Below are positions 1 through 10,682 of a DNA stretch of 64,000 nt, piece after piece. Each line of letters starts with the position of its first letter. The stretch's first letter is position 1. The translations under genes were made by a program, and so were the position numbers. The DNA comes from Candidatus Latescibacterota bacterium. Lineage in GTDB: Bacteria > Latescibacterota > UBA2968. Location of the stretch: NCBI GenBank assembly GCA_965208125.1, contig OZ242320.1, positions 4,064,001 to 4,128,000 on the forward strand. The letters run 5' to 3'. Below the pieces are notes generated by a model. The model saw only the letters and a list, made by a program, of their open reading frames with translations, ran no database searches and was not told where the DNA came from.

Positions 1-102
1 TATCCGTTGTTGTTCGAAGAGTACGATCATTTGAAGGTTGTGGTATTGAATTCGCCCAGAGAAATGCACCAGTGGCTACGAGAGACTTTTCCAGAGGAAT
101 AG
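1..102 (+). CDS. C-terminal end of a CDS entering the window, possibly adenylate kinase-like/FlaR-type P-loop protein (partial)
   Basis: Frame 1 open from base 1: YPLLFEEYDHLKVVVLNSPREMHQWLRETFPEE*, TAG at 100-102; tail resembles FlaR-like kinase C-termini. Confidence 0.45.
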   Translation, partial: YPLLFEEYDHLKVVVLNSPREMHQWLRETFPEE

Positions 103-125
103 AGGTTGGCCGTCAGCGGCATATC

Positions 126-2039
126 ATGACGCCAAAAGCATTGACGGTTGGGGTTCTGGTCGTTGTTGCGGTGAATCTGTTGGCTCCGTTTTCCGAGTGG
201 ATTGTGCGATCTACGCTTTTGACGACCAATTATTTTCCGCTGGGGTTGGCGGCGTTGTTCATTTTTGTGGTTGTGGTTTTAAACCCGGTTTTGAAGGCAG
301 TGAAGCGCGAGGGGGGATTGACGGGTGATGAATTGGGCGTGGTCTATACGATGCTTTTGGCGGCGGTATCGGTGCCGACTTATGGGGTGACAGGTTATGT
401 GATTTCCGTGTCGGCTTCGCCTTTTTATTTTGCGACAACGGAAAATGGTTGGGGCGAATTTATACACGACCATGTGCCCCTGTGGGCTGTGCCCGGAGGT
501 GGGCGCGCAGTGGCGTGGTTTTTTGAGGGGTTGCCGCCGGGCGCGAAAATCCCGTGGGAAGTGTGGATCATGCCGCTGTTCTGGTGGGGATCGGTGATTG
601 TCGCGACACTGACGCTTTGCACTTGTCTCATTGCGGTGTTTCGCAAGCAGTGGGTAGATAAAGAGCGGTTGAATTTTCCTCTGGTTGATGTGCCGCTGGC
701 GATGATGGATGGCGCCGAAGATGGTCGAATTTTGCCAAAATTTATGCGTAGCCGATTGTTCTGGATCGGTTTTGCCATTGCCGCAGGCAAAATTGCGTGG
801 AATGTGCCGGGTTATTTTTTTGAAGCCTGGCCGAGTATTCCAGCTATTCGATTGAGTATTCCAGGCGGACAGGTCTGGCCGGGTATTTCGTCAAATTTCT
901 CGCTACCTCTGGTGGGGATTACGTATTTTGTCAATGTGGATGTGATTTTCAGTGTGTGGTTTTTCAATTTGTTTAATATGGCTGAGATCGCGCTGTTTAA
1001 TCGCACGGGATTTACCATTGGCACGTCAGAGGTTTATTCTGTGAGTCCTGCGGCGTTGGGATGGCAGGGATTCGGAGCGTTTGTGGCGATTGTGCTGGGC
1101 GGTATTTGGGTTGCACGCGAACATTTGCGCGGGGTGTGGCGAACCGCGTTGGGAAAGGAGAATGGCGTTTTAGATCGCGATGAGATCATGGGATATCGCA
1201 CAGCGCTGATAGGGATTGCGCTCGGGGTTGTGTACATTCTTTTGTGGTTGACGCGCATTGGCATCCATCCCGGCGTGGCTTTGCTGCTTCTCTTTGCGGT
1301 TATTACGCTTTATCTGGGTCTGACGCGCATTGTCATTGAAGGCGGACTGGTTTTTGTGCGGGGACCTCTCGTGCCGCAGGCTTATGCGATGCATTTAATT
1401 GGACCGGCAGATTTGACGGGTTCAACGATGACGGGTCTGGGGCTGTCGTACGGGTGGGCGTGCGATCCCATTGCCACATTTATGCCTTTTGGCGCGAATG
1501 CCGCGCGCGTACACAGCGAGCGTCGATTTCCTCAGGGTGTTTATCTCACCGCGGTTGGATTAGCACTGGGTATCAGTCTGATCGTGTCTTTTTATTTTTC
1601 GCTCAAGCTGGCGTATGCTTCGGGTGCGTACAATTTTGGCGAGTGGGTCTTTCGCCGCGGTGGGCAGGTGCCTTATGATACGGTTGTGGCTAAAATTAAG
1701 GCAGCAGAGACGCTCAAATTTGGTCATTTTGCGTTTTTGGGTATTGGCGCACTTGTGACGGTTTTGCTGACGTATTTGCGCCATCGGTTCGCATGGTGGC
1801 GCTTGCATCCTATCGGGTTTTCAATTGCTTCTGTGGGACAAGTACGCTGGACTCTGTTGTCGCTATTTGTCACCTGGGCGATTAAAACACTTTTGATTCG
1901 CTTTGGCGGTTTGATGCTTTACAATGGCGCAAAGCCCTTTTTTGTCGGTCTGGTCGTGGGGCACTTTTCCGGTGCAGGCGTGTCGTTCATTATCGATGCG
2001 TTGTGGTTTCGCGGACATGGACACAGTTTGTATTTTTGA
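126..2039 (+). CDS. DUF6785/DUF6784-type polytopic membrane protein (putative peptide transporter)
   Basis: Many hydrophobic segments; motifs RKQWVDKERLNFPL, WWRLHPIG, KPFFVGLVVG; start 126 or 72 uncertain. Confidence 0.75.
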   Translation: MTPKALTVGVLVVVAVNLLAPFSEWIVRSTLLTTNYFPLGLAALFIFVVVVLNPVLKAVKREGGLTGDELGVVYTMLLAAVSVPTYGVTGYVISVSASPFYFATTENGWGEFIHDHVPLWAVPGGGRAVAWFFEGLPPGAKIPWEVWIMPLFWWGSVIVATLTLCTCLIAVFRKQWVDKERLNFPLVDVPLAMMDGAEDGRILPKFMRSRLFWIGFAIAAGKIAWNVPGYFFEAWPSIPAIRLSIPGGQVWPGISSNFSLPLVGITYFVNVDVIFSVWFFNLFNMAEIALFNRTGFTIGTSEVYSVSPAALGWQGFGAFVAIVLGGIWVAREHLRGVWRTALGKENGVLDRDEIMGYRTALIGIALGVVYILLWLTRIGIHPGVALLLLFAVITLYLGLTRIVIEGGLVFVRGPLVPQAYAMHLIGPADLTGSTMTGLGLSYGWACDPIATFMPFGANAARVHSERRFPQGVYLTAVGLALGISLIVSFYFSLKLAYASGAYNFGEWVFRRGGQVPYDTVVAKIKAAETLKFGHFAFLGIGALVTVLLTYLRHRFAWWRLHPIGFSIASVGQVRWTLLSLFVTWAIKTLLIRFGGLMLYNGAKPFFVGLVVGHFSGAGVSFIIDALWFRGHGHSLYF

Positions 2040-2053
2040 ATAGGAGGTTTGTG

Positions 2054-3478
2054 ATGAATGTGATTTGTATTTGTCTGGATACATTTCGCGCTGATATAGT
2101 CGGTCCGAATCAGAAGCTGAGTTTTGTCGAGACGCCGAATATGGATGCGTTGGCGGCAGAATCTGTGATGTTTGAGCGGGCTTTCGGGGAATGCCAGCCG
2201 ACATTGCAGACGCGGCGGGGTTTGTTTACGGGGCGACGCACTTTTCCTTGGCGGTACAATTTTGATCGGCGCGGACACTGGCATCACGCGCCCGGCTGGC
2301 ATAAAATTCCGCCGGAACAAGATACGCTTGCTGAGATTCTGGTAGCAAATGGGTATATGACCGGGTTGGTCGCCGATACGTATCACATGTTTAAGCCGAC
2401 GATGAATTATACGCGCGGATTTGTGACGTATGATTTTATTCGCGGACAGGAGAGCGACAACTGGCGGTTTGGCACGCGGGAATCAATTGAGGATTTATTG
2501 CGCCCGCATGTGCGTGAACCGATCAACTGGGATCGGCATGTCGGATTGATGCAGTACACGTTCAATCAGAAGTTTCGGCAATGCGAAGAGGATTACAGTT
2601 GTGCGCGTGTGTTTCGGCGCGCGGCGGATTGGCTGAGCGAAAATGCACGCAATGCGCCGTTTTTCCTGTGGGTCGATTCCTTTGATCCGCACGAACCATG
2701 GGATCCGCCGAGGGAATATGCAGATCGGTATATGCCCGATTGGGACGGAAAGGATTTTATTACACCTGGGGCTGGAAATGAAGGCGGTGGGGTGAGCGAT
2801 GCGGAGAGAGAACGGATCAAGGTGCTTTATTTTGGCGAGGTCACGCTGGTGGATCGCTGGGTGGGGCACTTGCTGGATCGGGTTGATGATCTGGGTTTGA
2901 AAGGCGATACGATTGTGATGTTGATGTCAGATCACGGCACGCAGGTACTGGATCACGGGCAATTTGGCAAAGGACCAGATCGCCTGCATCCGTATAACAC
3001 GCGATTGAACTGGATGGTGCGGCATCCCGATGTGTGCAAGCGCGTTTCGGGTTTTGTTCAGGCGCACGATTTGTTGCCCACTGTGTTGGGCTTGCTGGAT
3101 ATTCCCTGCCAGGCGGTGGATGGGACAGATGTCTGGCCGCTGGTGACGGGAGAGGTAGATGCAGTGCGGGATCACGTTGTAATTGGCTGGGCTGCTTTTT
3201 CTAATGGGCCAGCCACGGGCAGGGTATCGGTGCGCGATGATCGGTGGAATTATACGGTGAGTTTGAATGATGTGAACAATGAAGAACTCTTTGACCTTGT
3301 TGCCGATCCCGATGAGAATACCAATGTCGCCGCAGATCACCCCGATGTGGTGGCTTTGCAAAGATCGCGCATCCAGGCGGTGATTCACCAACCTCTGCCC
3401 GCTACGTTTAACGAAGTGTGTGACAACGCGCCAGCACCGAGTGCCCTGTTTGTGCAGGGGAGAAAAAGAATGGGTTAA
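2054..3478 (+). CDS. Sulfatase-like (alkaline phosphatase superfamily) hydrolase
   Basis: AGGAGG RBS; [43 protein letters not shown]; active-site motif atypical (PTLQTR). Confidence 0.85.
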   Translation: MNVICICLDTFRADIVGPNQKLSFVETPNMDALAAESVMFERAFGECQPTLQTRRGLFTGRRTFPWRYNFDRRGHWHHAPGWHKIPPEQDTLAEILVANGYMTGLVADTYHMFKPTMNYTRGFVTYDFIRGQESDNWRFGTRESIEDLLRPHVREPINWDRHVGLMQYTFNQKFRQCEEDYSCARVFRRAADWLSENARNAPFFLWVDSFDPHEPWDPPREYADRYMPDWDGKDFITPGAGNEGGGVSDAERERIKVLYFGEVTLVDRWVGHLLDRVDDLGLKGDTIVMLMSDHGTQVLDHGQFGKGPDRLHPYNTRLNWMVRHPDVCKRVSGFVQAHDLLPTVLGLLDIPCQAVDGTDVWPLVTGEVDAVRDHVVIGWAAFSNGPATGRVSVRDDRWNYTVSLNDVNNEELFDLVADPDENTNVAADHPDVVALQRSRIQAVIHQPLPATFNEVCDNAPAPSALFVQGRKRMG

Positions 3479-4146
3479 ACCACCACGGGGTCGCTATTTT
3501 TTGCGGCTTGCCAGGCACGCCAGTCGCTGAGGAAGCGTTCCAGACCGATGTCGGTTAGGGGATGTGCGAGTAACTTGCTCAATACATCGGGCGGAAGGGT
3601 CGCAACATCTGCGCCAGCGAGGGCGCATTCGACGACGTGTTTGGGCGAGCGCAAACTCGCGGCCAGCACCTGGGTTTTAAATCCATAATTGTCGTAAATC
3701 TGTCGGACTGTGCTGATCAATTCCATGCCGTCTTGTCCCAAATCATCCAGGCGGCCGATGAATGGGCTGATATAAGTCGCGCCTGCTTTAGCGGCCATCA
3801 GTGCCTGATTTGCAGAGAAGCACAGCGTTACATTTACGCGAATCCCTTCGTCCGAGCACGTTTTGATCGCTTTTAGACCGTCCGGCGTAATCGGAATTTT
3901 CACCACGACCTGTTCGTGGATCGCGGCATTTCGGCGCGCTTCGGCGATCATGCCTTCGGTGTCGGTGCTGACCACTTCTGCACTTACCGGTCCATCTACA
4001 ATTCCGCAGATTGCGCGAATGATGTCTTCAAATTCTCCCTCTTCCTGCGACATAAGAGAAGGATTTGTCGTCACGCCATCCAGCACACCCATAGCCTGGG
4101 CTTCGCGGATTTCGTCTAAATTGGCTGTGTCGATAAAGAACTTCAT
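3475..4146 (-). CDS. tal: Transaldolase, TalC/Fsa family
   Basis: [23 protein letters not shown] (Schiff-base Lys), [18 protein letters not shown]; AGGAGG RBS before 4146. Confidence 0.93.
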   Translation of the reverse strand: MKFFIDTANLDEIREAQAMGVLDGVTTNPSLMSQEEGEFEDIIRAICGIVDGPVSAEVVSTDTEGMIAEARRNAAIHEQVVVKIPITPDGLKAIKTCSDEGIRVNVTLCFSANQALMAAKAGATYISPFIGRLDDLGQDGMELISTVRQIYDNYGFKTQVLAASLRSPKHVVECALAGADVATLPPDVLSKLLAHPLTDIGLERFLSDWRAWQAAKNSDPVVV

Positions 4147-4159
4147 GTATGCCTCCTTT

Positions 4160-5206
4160 TTAAAATACGCGCTCGACCAAAAATGAACACATTTCTCTGA
4201 GTACTTCTCTCGATTCTGATGGGGGCAACTGGGCGAGGCGTGCTTCGGCAGATTCGGCGCGGGTTTGGCAAGCCCGATGCGCTTTTTCAATTGCGCCATA
4301 TCTTCCCATCAATTCAATTACCCACTCGACTTCTTCCTGCGATGTTGCATCTCGATCTCGGTCCAGAATTTCGCGCACTTTTTGGTTTTCCTCTGGCGTA
4401 CAGTGGTTGAGCAAATCGATGACCATCAAGGTGCGCTTGCCCTCGGCGATATCTCCGCCGCGCTCTTTGCCATAACCCCCGGATGTAGTTGTAGGTGCTA
4501 ATGTTGCGTCGGTATCTTCAACGACGATATTGAGCAAGTCATCGCGAATTTGAAATGCAACAGCTATGGCCTCGCCAAAATCGCCAATCGTCTGTTTCAT
4601 GTCATTGCCAGCACCCGCAATAATCGCGCCCATAGTACAGGGTCCGCGACCGCTATACCATCCCGTTTTGCGCCGCAGCATGTCAACAAAGTCGCGTACA
4701 TCGGGAATGACTTCGGACTCGATCCAACCGATATCCAATGCCTGTCCTTCAAATGTTATTTGCGCGCCCTGGATCATTTCACAAAGCAAATCGAGCGTTG
4801 TTGTTTCTCCTAAAATTTCGCGATTTGCCTGCAATATTTCAAATACTTTTGAATAAAGCGCGTCGCCCACGTTAATGCTTAGTGGAGTCCCGTGTATCAG
4901 ATGCAGACACGGTTTGCCGCGCCGCATCAAAGAGGCATCTTCTATATCGTCGTGTACCAGGGCAAAGGACTGAAATAACTCAAAAGCAGCAGCCGTTCGC
5001 AAACCCACGTTGGGATCACCGCCAAATGCTTCAATGCTCAGCAACACCAGTGCCGATCTGAACCGCTTGCCGCCGCGTTGGGGATAATCGCGCATAGGTG
5101 CGTACAAAAAATCAATTGGATCTTTATCTTCTGGCAAGAACTGATACATTTCCTCGTCGATACGAGGCACCCAGGTTTCCAAATAGTTTTTTAATCGCGT
5201 TTCCAT
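4160..5206 (-). CDS. Polyprenyl diphosphate synthase (likely short-chain GGPP synthase type)
   Basis: [49 protein letters not shown]. Confidence 0.92.
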   Translation of the reverse strand: METRLKNYLETWVPRIDEEMYQFLPEDKDPIDFLYAPMRDYPQRGGKRFRSALVLLSIEAFGGDPNVGLRTAAAFELFQSFALVHDDIEDASLMRRGKPCLHLIHGTPLSINVGDALYSKVFEILQANREILGETTTLDLLCEMIQGAQITFEGQALDIGWIESEVIPDVRDFVDMLRRKTGWYSGRGPCTMGAIIAGAGNDMKQTIGDFGEAIAVAFQIRDDLLNIVVEDTDATLAPTTTSGGYGKERGGDIAEGKRTLMVIDLLNHCTPEENQKVREILDRDRDATSQEEVEWVIELMGRYGAIEKAHRACQTRAESAEARLAQLPPSESREVLREMCSFLVERVF

Positions 5207-7675
5207 TTATTGCTTGAACTCCTTTACTTTTTTGCGAATTTTTGCCTCGACATTTGCCGATAGAGGCCGAACGGGAATTTTTTCATCGCTGTGAGTAGCA
5301 ACATCACCTGCGATGGATATTTCAAGACGCGGATGTTTGGGTACATAAGGTTCTTTTTCCAGCATGGCGTGTAACAAGACGAGGGCGGCTTCTTTGTCGG
5401 GAATCGTTCCTCTCGTATTGCCATCGTCGCCGGGTGGCAATGGCGCGCCTACACACGACGGGCACCCGGCTTCACATTCGCATTCCGACACGACCATCCA
5501 ACAGGCTGTTATGACGTCTTCGATCATCTCATAAGCTTTCTCCGAAAAACCAATGCCTCCCGGATGCCGGTCATATACAAATGCGGTTGGTCGCCCCGTA
5601 TTGGAGCTATCTACCGTTGTGCCAATATCCATGACATCGCACATCGCAAATAAGGGTAGCACTTCTCCCATTACATTGGCAATGCCTTTGAGTCCTTCAG
5701 ATGGCACGCGGCCATGTCGGCGACACTGATTTAGCCCTTCTTGAGGCGGTACGACCCAGCAGGCGGCTGTATCGAGCTTGCGCTCTGGCAAATCGAGATT
5801 TTCCCAGCCAATGCTGTCGCGGTCTTCGAATTTTACTTTCTTAAACATCGTTACCAGTGACGAGACTGAGACGTCGCCAAAATATACGTCACTGACGCGC
5901 CAGGTGCCCGATATTTCGGTATCCTTTACAACAATACTCGTCTCGTCAACTGCATGGGTATAATAGTCCAGTGCTTTTTGACTTACCCGTGCAATTTTGC
6001 GCTCTGTGTCGAGTTGATCGACAAAGTACGTCTGCCCATTGTGCAAATATATAGCGTGTGTATGTATCTGAAAAAACGCGCTAATTTCATCCAGGGAACC
6101 GATTACCTGAGGGTCGCCTTCTGTCTCGTCGATAATAGTATAAGTCGAATCGCTGATATTGCGTAGGCCGACCTCTGCCGCTGGATATCCCGATTGGCTG
6201 TAGAACCACTGCCCATTAAGCTGGCGCGCCATGCCTTCATCTGATAGAATCTCAAGCAGAGCACCTGTAAATTCTCCCATTACTTCGCCTTCTTCGCCCC
6301 GCACGGGCAATTCGCGCAAAGCACACCGCAGGTGTCCCACGACGAGATGCGGGTTGTTGGGGTCAATGGTCGCGTGTTCGGGCGATTGTCCGAAAAAGTA
6401 AGCCGGGTCTCGCATCAAAAATTGATCGATGGGGGCGTTGTGTGCCACAAAGACCACCAGCGACTCTTCGGACTGCCGCCCCGCACGCCCAGCTTGCTGC
6501 CACATACTGGAAATACTGCCCGGATATCCCACAATTAACGCGGCATCCAGATCTCCAATATCAATGCCTAATTCCAGGGCGTTGGTACTTACCACACCAA
6601 GCAATTCACCTTCAAATAATTGTCGTTCAATTTCTCGCCGTTCTGCGGGCAAATATCCGCCGCGATAAGCCCGAATCGCGCCTGCCAACCGCTGGTTCAC
6701 CAGCGATAAATCCTCTTGTACATAGCGATAGATCACTTCTGCGGATGTGCGCGCTCTCACAAAGGCAATGGTCTGCACTCTGTTGTGGATGAGTTTGCCG
6801 AGTAACCAGCGCGCTTCGGTATTTGAACTGCGCCGATCACTCGTGGTGCCTTCCAGGAAAGGCGGATTCCAGAATGCAAAATGGCGTTTGCCTCTCGGGG
6901 AGCCATCCCGGTCAATCAGGCACATCGGACGCCCGGTCAATGCTTCGGCGTGTTCTTTGGGATTTGCTATGGTCGCCGAGCAGCACACGAATTGCGGGGG
7001 CGTGCCATAGTGCGCGCAAATTCGCATCAGGCGGCGCAATACATTGGCTACATGCGAGCCAAAGACGCCCCGGTAAGTGTGTATTTCGTCGAGCACTACA
7101 TAGCGCAAATTCTGAAAAAAACGCGCCCAGCGCGGATGGTTGGGCAATACGCCCTGATGCAACATATCGGGATTGCTCAAGATCACCCGTCCCTCTTCGC
7201 GCAGTGTTTTGCGCTGGTTGGACGGCGTATCCCCGTCGTAAGTGCCCAGAGAAAATTTCAATTTTTCATTTAATTCGCCAAACCGCGCCAGCCCACGCGC
7301 CTGATCCTGTGCCAGGGCTTTGGTCGGAAAGAGATAGAGCGCAGTCGCCTGCGGGTCAGATAGCAGGGCTTCCAGTGTCGGTATCTGATAACACAGGGTT
7401 TTTCCACTCGCCGTTGCCGTTACGACTACTACGTCTTCCCCGCGCCTCAGGGCGGCCAGAGCATCGGCCTGATGCGTATAGAGCCGATCAATGTCCTGCT
7501 GTTTCAAAGCGTCGGAGATTGCGGGATGCAGCGCGCAGTCATCAGCGACGAATTTAGCTTCTTGCGCGGGTATGGTTTCTATATGGGCTACCTGACCGGC
7601 ATACCCATAGTCGCGGCGAACATGTGCGATAAATTGATCAAAATTCATCATGCGGGAAGGACTTTTGAATTCCAA
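5207..7675 (-). CDS. DEAD/DEAH-box helicase with C-terminal DUF1998 (MrfA/YprA/Hrq1-like)
   Basis: ATASGKT, PTKALAQDQ, DEIH, SAT, ELGIDIG, QQAGRAGR, C-terminal CECEAGCPSC; start may be 7651/7648. Confidence 0.92.
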   Translation of the reverse strand: MEFKSPSRMMNFDQFIAHVRRDYGYAGQVAHIETIPAQEAKFVADDCALHPAISDALKQQDIDRLYTHQADALAALRRGEDVVVVTATASGKTLCYQIPTLEALLSDPQATALYLFPTKALAQDQARGLARFGELNEKLKFSLGTYDGDTPSNQRKTLREEGRVILSNPDMLHQGVLPNHPRWARFFQNLRYVVLDEIHTYRGVFGSHVANVLRRLMRICAHYGTPPQFVCCSATIANPKEHAEALTGRPMCLIDRDGSPRGKRHFAFWNPPFLEGTTSDRRSSNTEARWLLGKLIHNRVQTIAFVRARTSAEVIYRYVQEDLSLVNQRLAGAIRAYRGGYLPAERREIERQLFEGELLGVVSTNALELGIDIGDLDAALIVGYPGSISSMWQQAGRAGRQSEESLVVFVAHNAPIDQFLMRDPAYFFGQSPEHATIDPNNPHLVVGHLRCALRELPVRGEEGEVMGEFTGALLEILSDEGMARQLNGQWFYSQSGYPAAEVGLRNISDSTYTIIDETEGDPQVIGSLDEISAFFQIHTHAIYLHNGQTYFVDQLDTERKIARVSQKALDYYTHAVDETSIVVKDTEISGTWRVSDVYFGDVSVSSLVTMFKKVKFEDRDSIGWENLDLPERKLDTAACWVVPPQEGLNQCRRHGRVPSEGLKGIANVMGEVLPLFAMCDVMDIGTTVDSSNTGRPTAFVYDRHPGGIGFSEKAYEMIEDVITACWMVVSECECEAGCPSCVGAPLPPGDDGNTRGTIPDKEAALVLLHAMLEKEPYVPKHPRLEISIAGDVATHSDEKIPVRPLSANVEAKIRKKVKEFKQ

Positions 7676-7727
7676 AGGGAGAGATAAAGAAAGTGAAAAA
7701 TAAAGAGGGAGGTGCGATAGCTATAGA

Positions 7728-7756
7728 AATATAGATGGAAGGTGAAAATGGGTCAA
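7728..7756 (-). promoter_or_regulatory. Putative sigma70 promoter for the helicase operon
   Basis: Minus strand TTGACC-17 bp-TATATT. Confidence 0.5.
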
Positions 7757-7849
7757 CTTAAAAGAGGCGAACAGGAGGTGGGATTTACGTATTAGAGTAG
7801 GGATTTTTAGAAGGTGTGCCTGACAGTGTGCGAGGGTGAGTGCCAACAA

Positions 7850-10651
7850 CTACAGTGCATGGGAGAGGCGGAGGTATAAATACCTGCCTAAGAAATCGTA
7901 GGTATTGGCATCGGACGTGCCGAGGAAACCATTGTATATCACTGCTGGTGCCTGATTGAGGACATTATTTATTCCGATTGTGAGTACGGAGTGACCAAAG
8001 GCTGTACCCAGTTGGTATGATCCATGCATACTAAAGATGCTGTTGGGACTGACTTTGCGACTCGGTGGTATTTCTGTCACATCCGGGCGGTACATGCCCT
8101 TGCAGTCGTCATCTTCGCATTCCTCAAATCCGCCGATGTATCGCCAGGTCAGCCCAATGGAAGAACGGTGATTCTCTACGCCAACTGAAGCGGCGTGACG
8201 CCAGCCTGGGAATACGCCCAGGTCGTAGTAGCCCTTGCCTTTGACTAACTCGGGACCGTTGGCGGAAGGCAGGATTTGATCATAATTCACGAGCAGATTG
8301 CTCTCTATTTGAGCTGAGACAATACCCAGAGGTGAGTCAGTAGCGTAATGGAGTCCGATATCCATGCCGCTGGTTTCGGTTTCGCCAACGTTGGTGTTGG
8401 GTGATGAGATGTAATTAATCAGCCCGGTGTTTGGGTCGCGCACGACTTGATCACAGTTGGATGGCGTGTCCTGCGAGTAGCAGTTACTCAAGATGAGGCT
8501 GGCAGGTAATGCGCCGATCTCACTCGTGATCGCGGTGGTATAGTAATCCACGGTTATATCGAATCCATCCAGAAAGCCCGGCTGATAGACCAGACCTGCT
8601 GTGAGCATTGTGGCCTTTTCCGGATCGAGATCCGTGCTGCCACTGAACTGGGCTCGCAGTTGTGCCCGTGAATCCTCAAAGTCAGATGGGATGCCTTGAT
8701 CTGCACAATTTCGCATTTGCTGAGCAGTCAACGCTCGGGCATTGCCCGCTTCATCGACCGAACTACAGGGATCGCTGACCAGCGGGAAGCCATCGCTGTT
8801 GCCGAGGAACATTTCGGCGATGCTGGGGGCGCGAAAAGCATTGGAGTATGTGGCACGAAATGCCAATCCTTGAGGCAATTCGAGACGAGTCCCCGCTTTA
8901 TATGTAGAGCCGTAGCCGAACGAATCGTAGTGGAAAATGCGTCCAGCGGCTATTAAATCGAGGCCAACTTCCCCCGCTTTGTAGAGCGGCAAATGGGCTT
9001 CTGCATACAAAGCCTTGACCGAGTACGCACCATCGGTGGGTGCTTCGTCACTGCCGGTAGTATTTCCCGATGCGGTTATGGGATCGGGAAGATAGGCTCC
9101 CGCTTCCCAGCGCGAAGATAGACCAGCGGCTATGACCAGTGGACCGGCCGAGAGTTGTGCGATCTCACCGGTCAGATTCCACTGTAGGATTTGCTGTTGA
9201 GAGTAGCCCCTGGCGATACCGGCATATTGGATGTAGTCTAACATCTCCTGGGTGATTGTGCCAGCACCGTGGAGTATATCCAGTGGTACGCAGTCGCCGG
9301 TACAATCTTCGTCTGGCCCCAGTGCCCGCACGAGATTGCTGATTATAAATCGCCCCTCGTTGACGCTGGTACCTTCGCTGCGTCCATAAGAAAAAGACAG
9401 ATCAGCGTCAAAGCCTATGAGATGATGGTCCAAACCGAGGACGATGCGATAGGTATCGATATCCTGGAGATAGTTGCGATTGCCCGCTTCGAGAAAACGC
9501 CGCCGAACATCTATAAAATCGCGGCCAAATTCGTTGTAACGGTTGGTGGCTGACACTACGATGCCGTCGCTGATGGTGAACAAGGGCGTCGGGGCCAGCT
9601 TTTGGTCGGATTGGCGATTGGTGTACGATACCTCGAAGAAAGTTTTCGCACCTTCTGTGAATTTGTAAGCACCACTAAAAAAGGAGCTGTAGCGCGTCTG
9701 TGGGGTGTAGAGGTAATTCTCCGGTTGATAATTGTACGTGTCACCGCTCCCATCCGAGGAGATTCCCGCCCAATTAAAGGGTCGCCAGCCGGTATTTGGA
9801 TCGCGGTGGTAATCACCGGCGTCCTCGCCAGCCGCCGCAACGACCGCCTGCCAGGCTTCGTTGCCCTCGGTGCCCAGGCGGTCAATAATGTGGCCTTCCG
9901 GGGTGGCCGAACTACCGTTTTTGTTATAGGTGCCGTCGTTTTTTCCCCAGTCGTAGTTTTTGTCCGATACGCTGAAACTGCGGTCGCCGGTCCAGACAGG
10001 CCTCCGGTTGTGGTAGCCTGCCGAAAACAATATGTGGCCTTTTTCGCTTTGCAAACCGGCGGTTATGCTGAGGTCGCGGACTTCGCCATCACCTGCACCT
10101 GAAATCCCCTCATAGTAATCTATCTCTACCCCTTCCATATCTGACCGGGTGATGATATTGATCACCCCTCCAATGGCGTCTGATCCATATACGGCCGAGG
10201 CTCCATCCTTGAGAATTTCGACGCGTTCGATGACTGAAGCGGGAATAGAATTGAGATCAACGGATGAATTTGCGCCTGTTCCGCCCGGCACGAAACGACG
10301 TCCATTGACCAATACCAGGGTGCGATTAGAGCCGAGTCCGCGCAGATTAATCCGGGTAGAGCCATCGCCACCGTTGTTGGACTGGGTATTGGTCGCGTTG
10401 GATTGTACTGTGAGTGTTTGTAGCACATCGCCAATGGAAGTCAATCCCCGAGCTTTGATTTCGTCACTGGATAGGACGACGACTGGCGCAGGCGAAAGAT
10501 TCTCTGCGCTTTTGATGCGGGAACCAGTTACGACAATCTCTTCAAATTCGTAGGTTTTAGGCTCGTCGGACGATTCTTTAACATCCTCTGCGAACACTGG
10601 TGTAATAAAGACGATGGCGATTATTTGCCAGAATATGTGCTTCACACTCAT
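7850..10651 (-). CDS. TonB-dependent outer membrane receptor
   Basis: Signal peptide, EEIVVTGSR, INLRGLG..RTLVLVNGRR, IERVEILKDGASAVYGSDAIGGVINII, FRAPS, C-terminal GRYLYL. Confidence 0.93.
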   Translation of the reverse strand: MSVKHIFWQIIAIVFITPVFAEDVKESSDEPKTYEFEEIVVTGSRIKSAENLSPAPVVVLSSDEIKARGLTSIGDVLQTLTVQSNATNTQSNNGGDGSTRINLRGLGSNRTLVLVNGRRFVPGGTGANSSVDLNSIPASVIERVEILKDGASAVYGSDAIGGVINIITRSDMEGVEIDYYEGISGAGDGEVRDLSITAGLQSEKGHILFSAGYHNRRPVWTGDRSFSVSDKNYDWGKNDGTYNKNGSSATPEGHIIDRLGTEGNEAWQAVVAAAGEDAGDYHRDPNTGWRPFNWAGISSDGSGDTYNYQPENYLYTPQTRYSSFFSGAYKFTEGAKTFFEVSYTNRQSDQKLAPTPLFTISDGIVVSATNRYNEFGRDFIDVRRRFLEAGNRNYLQDIDTYRIVLGLDHHLIGFDADLSFSYGRSEGTSVNEGRFIISNLVRALGPDEDCTGDCVPLDILHGAGTITQEMLDYIQYAGIARGYSQQQILQWNLTGEIAQLSAGPLVIAAGLSSRWEAGAYLPDPITASGNTTGSDEAPTDGAYSVKALYAEAHLPLYKAGEVGLDLIAAGRIFHYDSFGYGSTYKAGTRLELPQGLAFRATYSNAFRAPSIAEMFLGNSDGFPLVSDPCSSVDEAGNARALTAQQMRNCADQGIPSDFEDSRAQLRAQFSGSTDLDPEKATMLTAGLVYQPGFLDGFDITVDYYTTAITSEIGALPASLILSNCYSQDTPSNCDQVVRDPNTGLINYISSPNTNVGETETSGMDIGLHYATDSPLGIVSAQIESNLLVNYDQILPSANGPELVKGKGYYDLGVFPGWRHAASVGVENHRSSIGLTWRYIGGFEECEDDDCKGMYRPDVTEIPPSRKVSPNSIFSMHGSYQLGTAFGHSVLTIGINNVLNQAPAVIYNGFLGTSDANTYDFLGRYLYLRLSHAL

Positions 10652-10682
10652 CCATACCTCGCGATTGGAGAATGACAATTTT

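Noticed and set aside
5207-7675. DISARM/Druantia-type defence helicase
   Set aside because: Single-chain MrfA/YprA-like architecture in a housekeeping context with no drm, methylase or other defence partners
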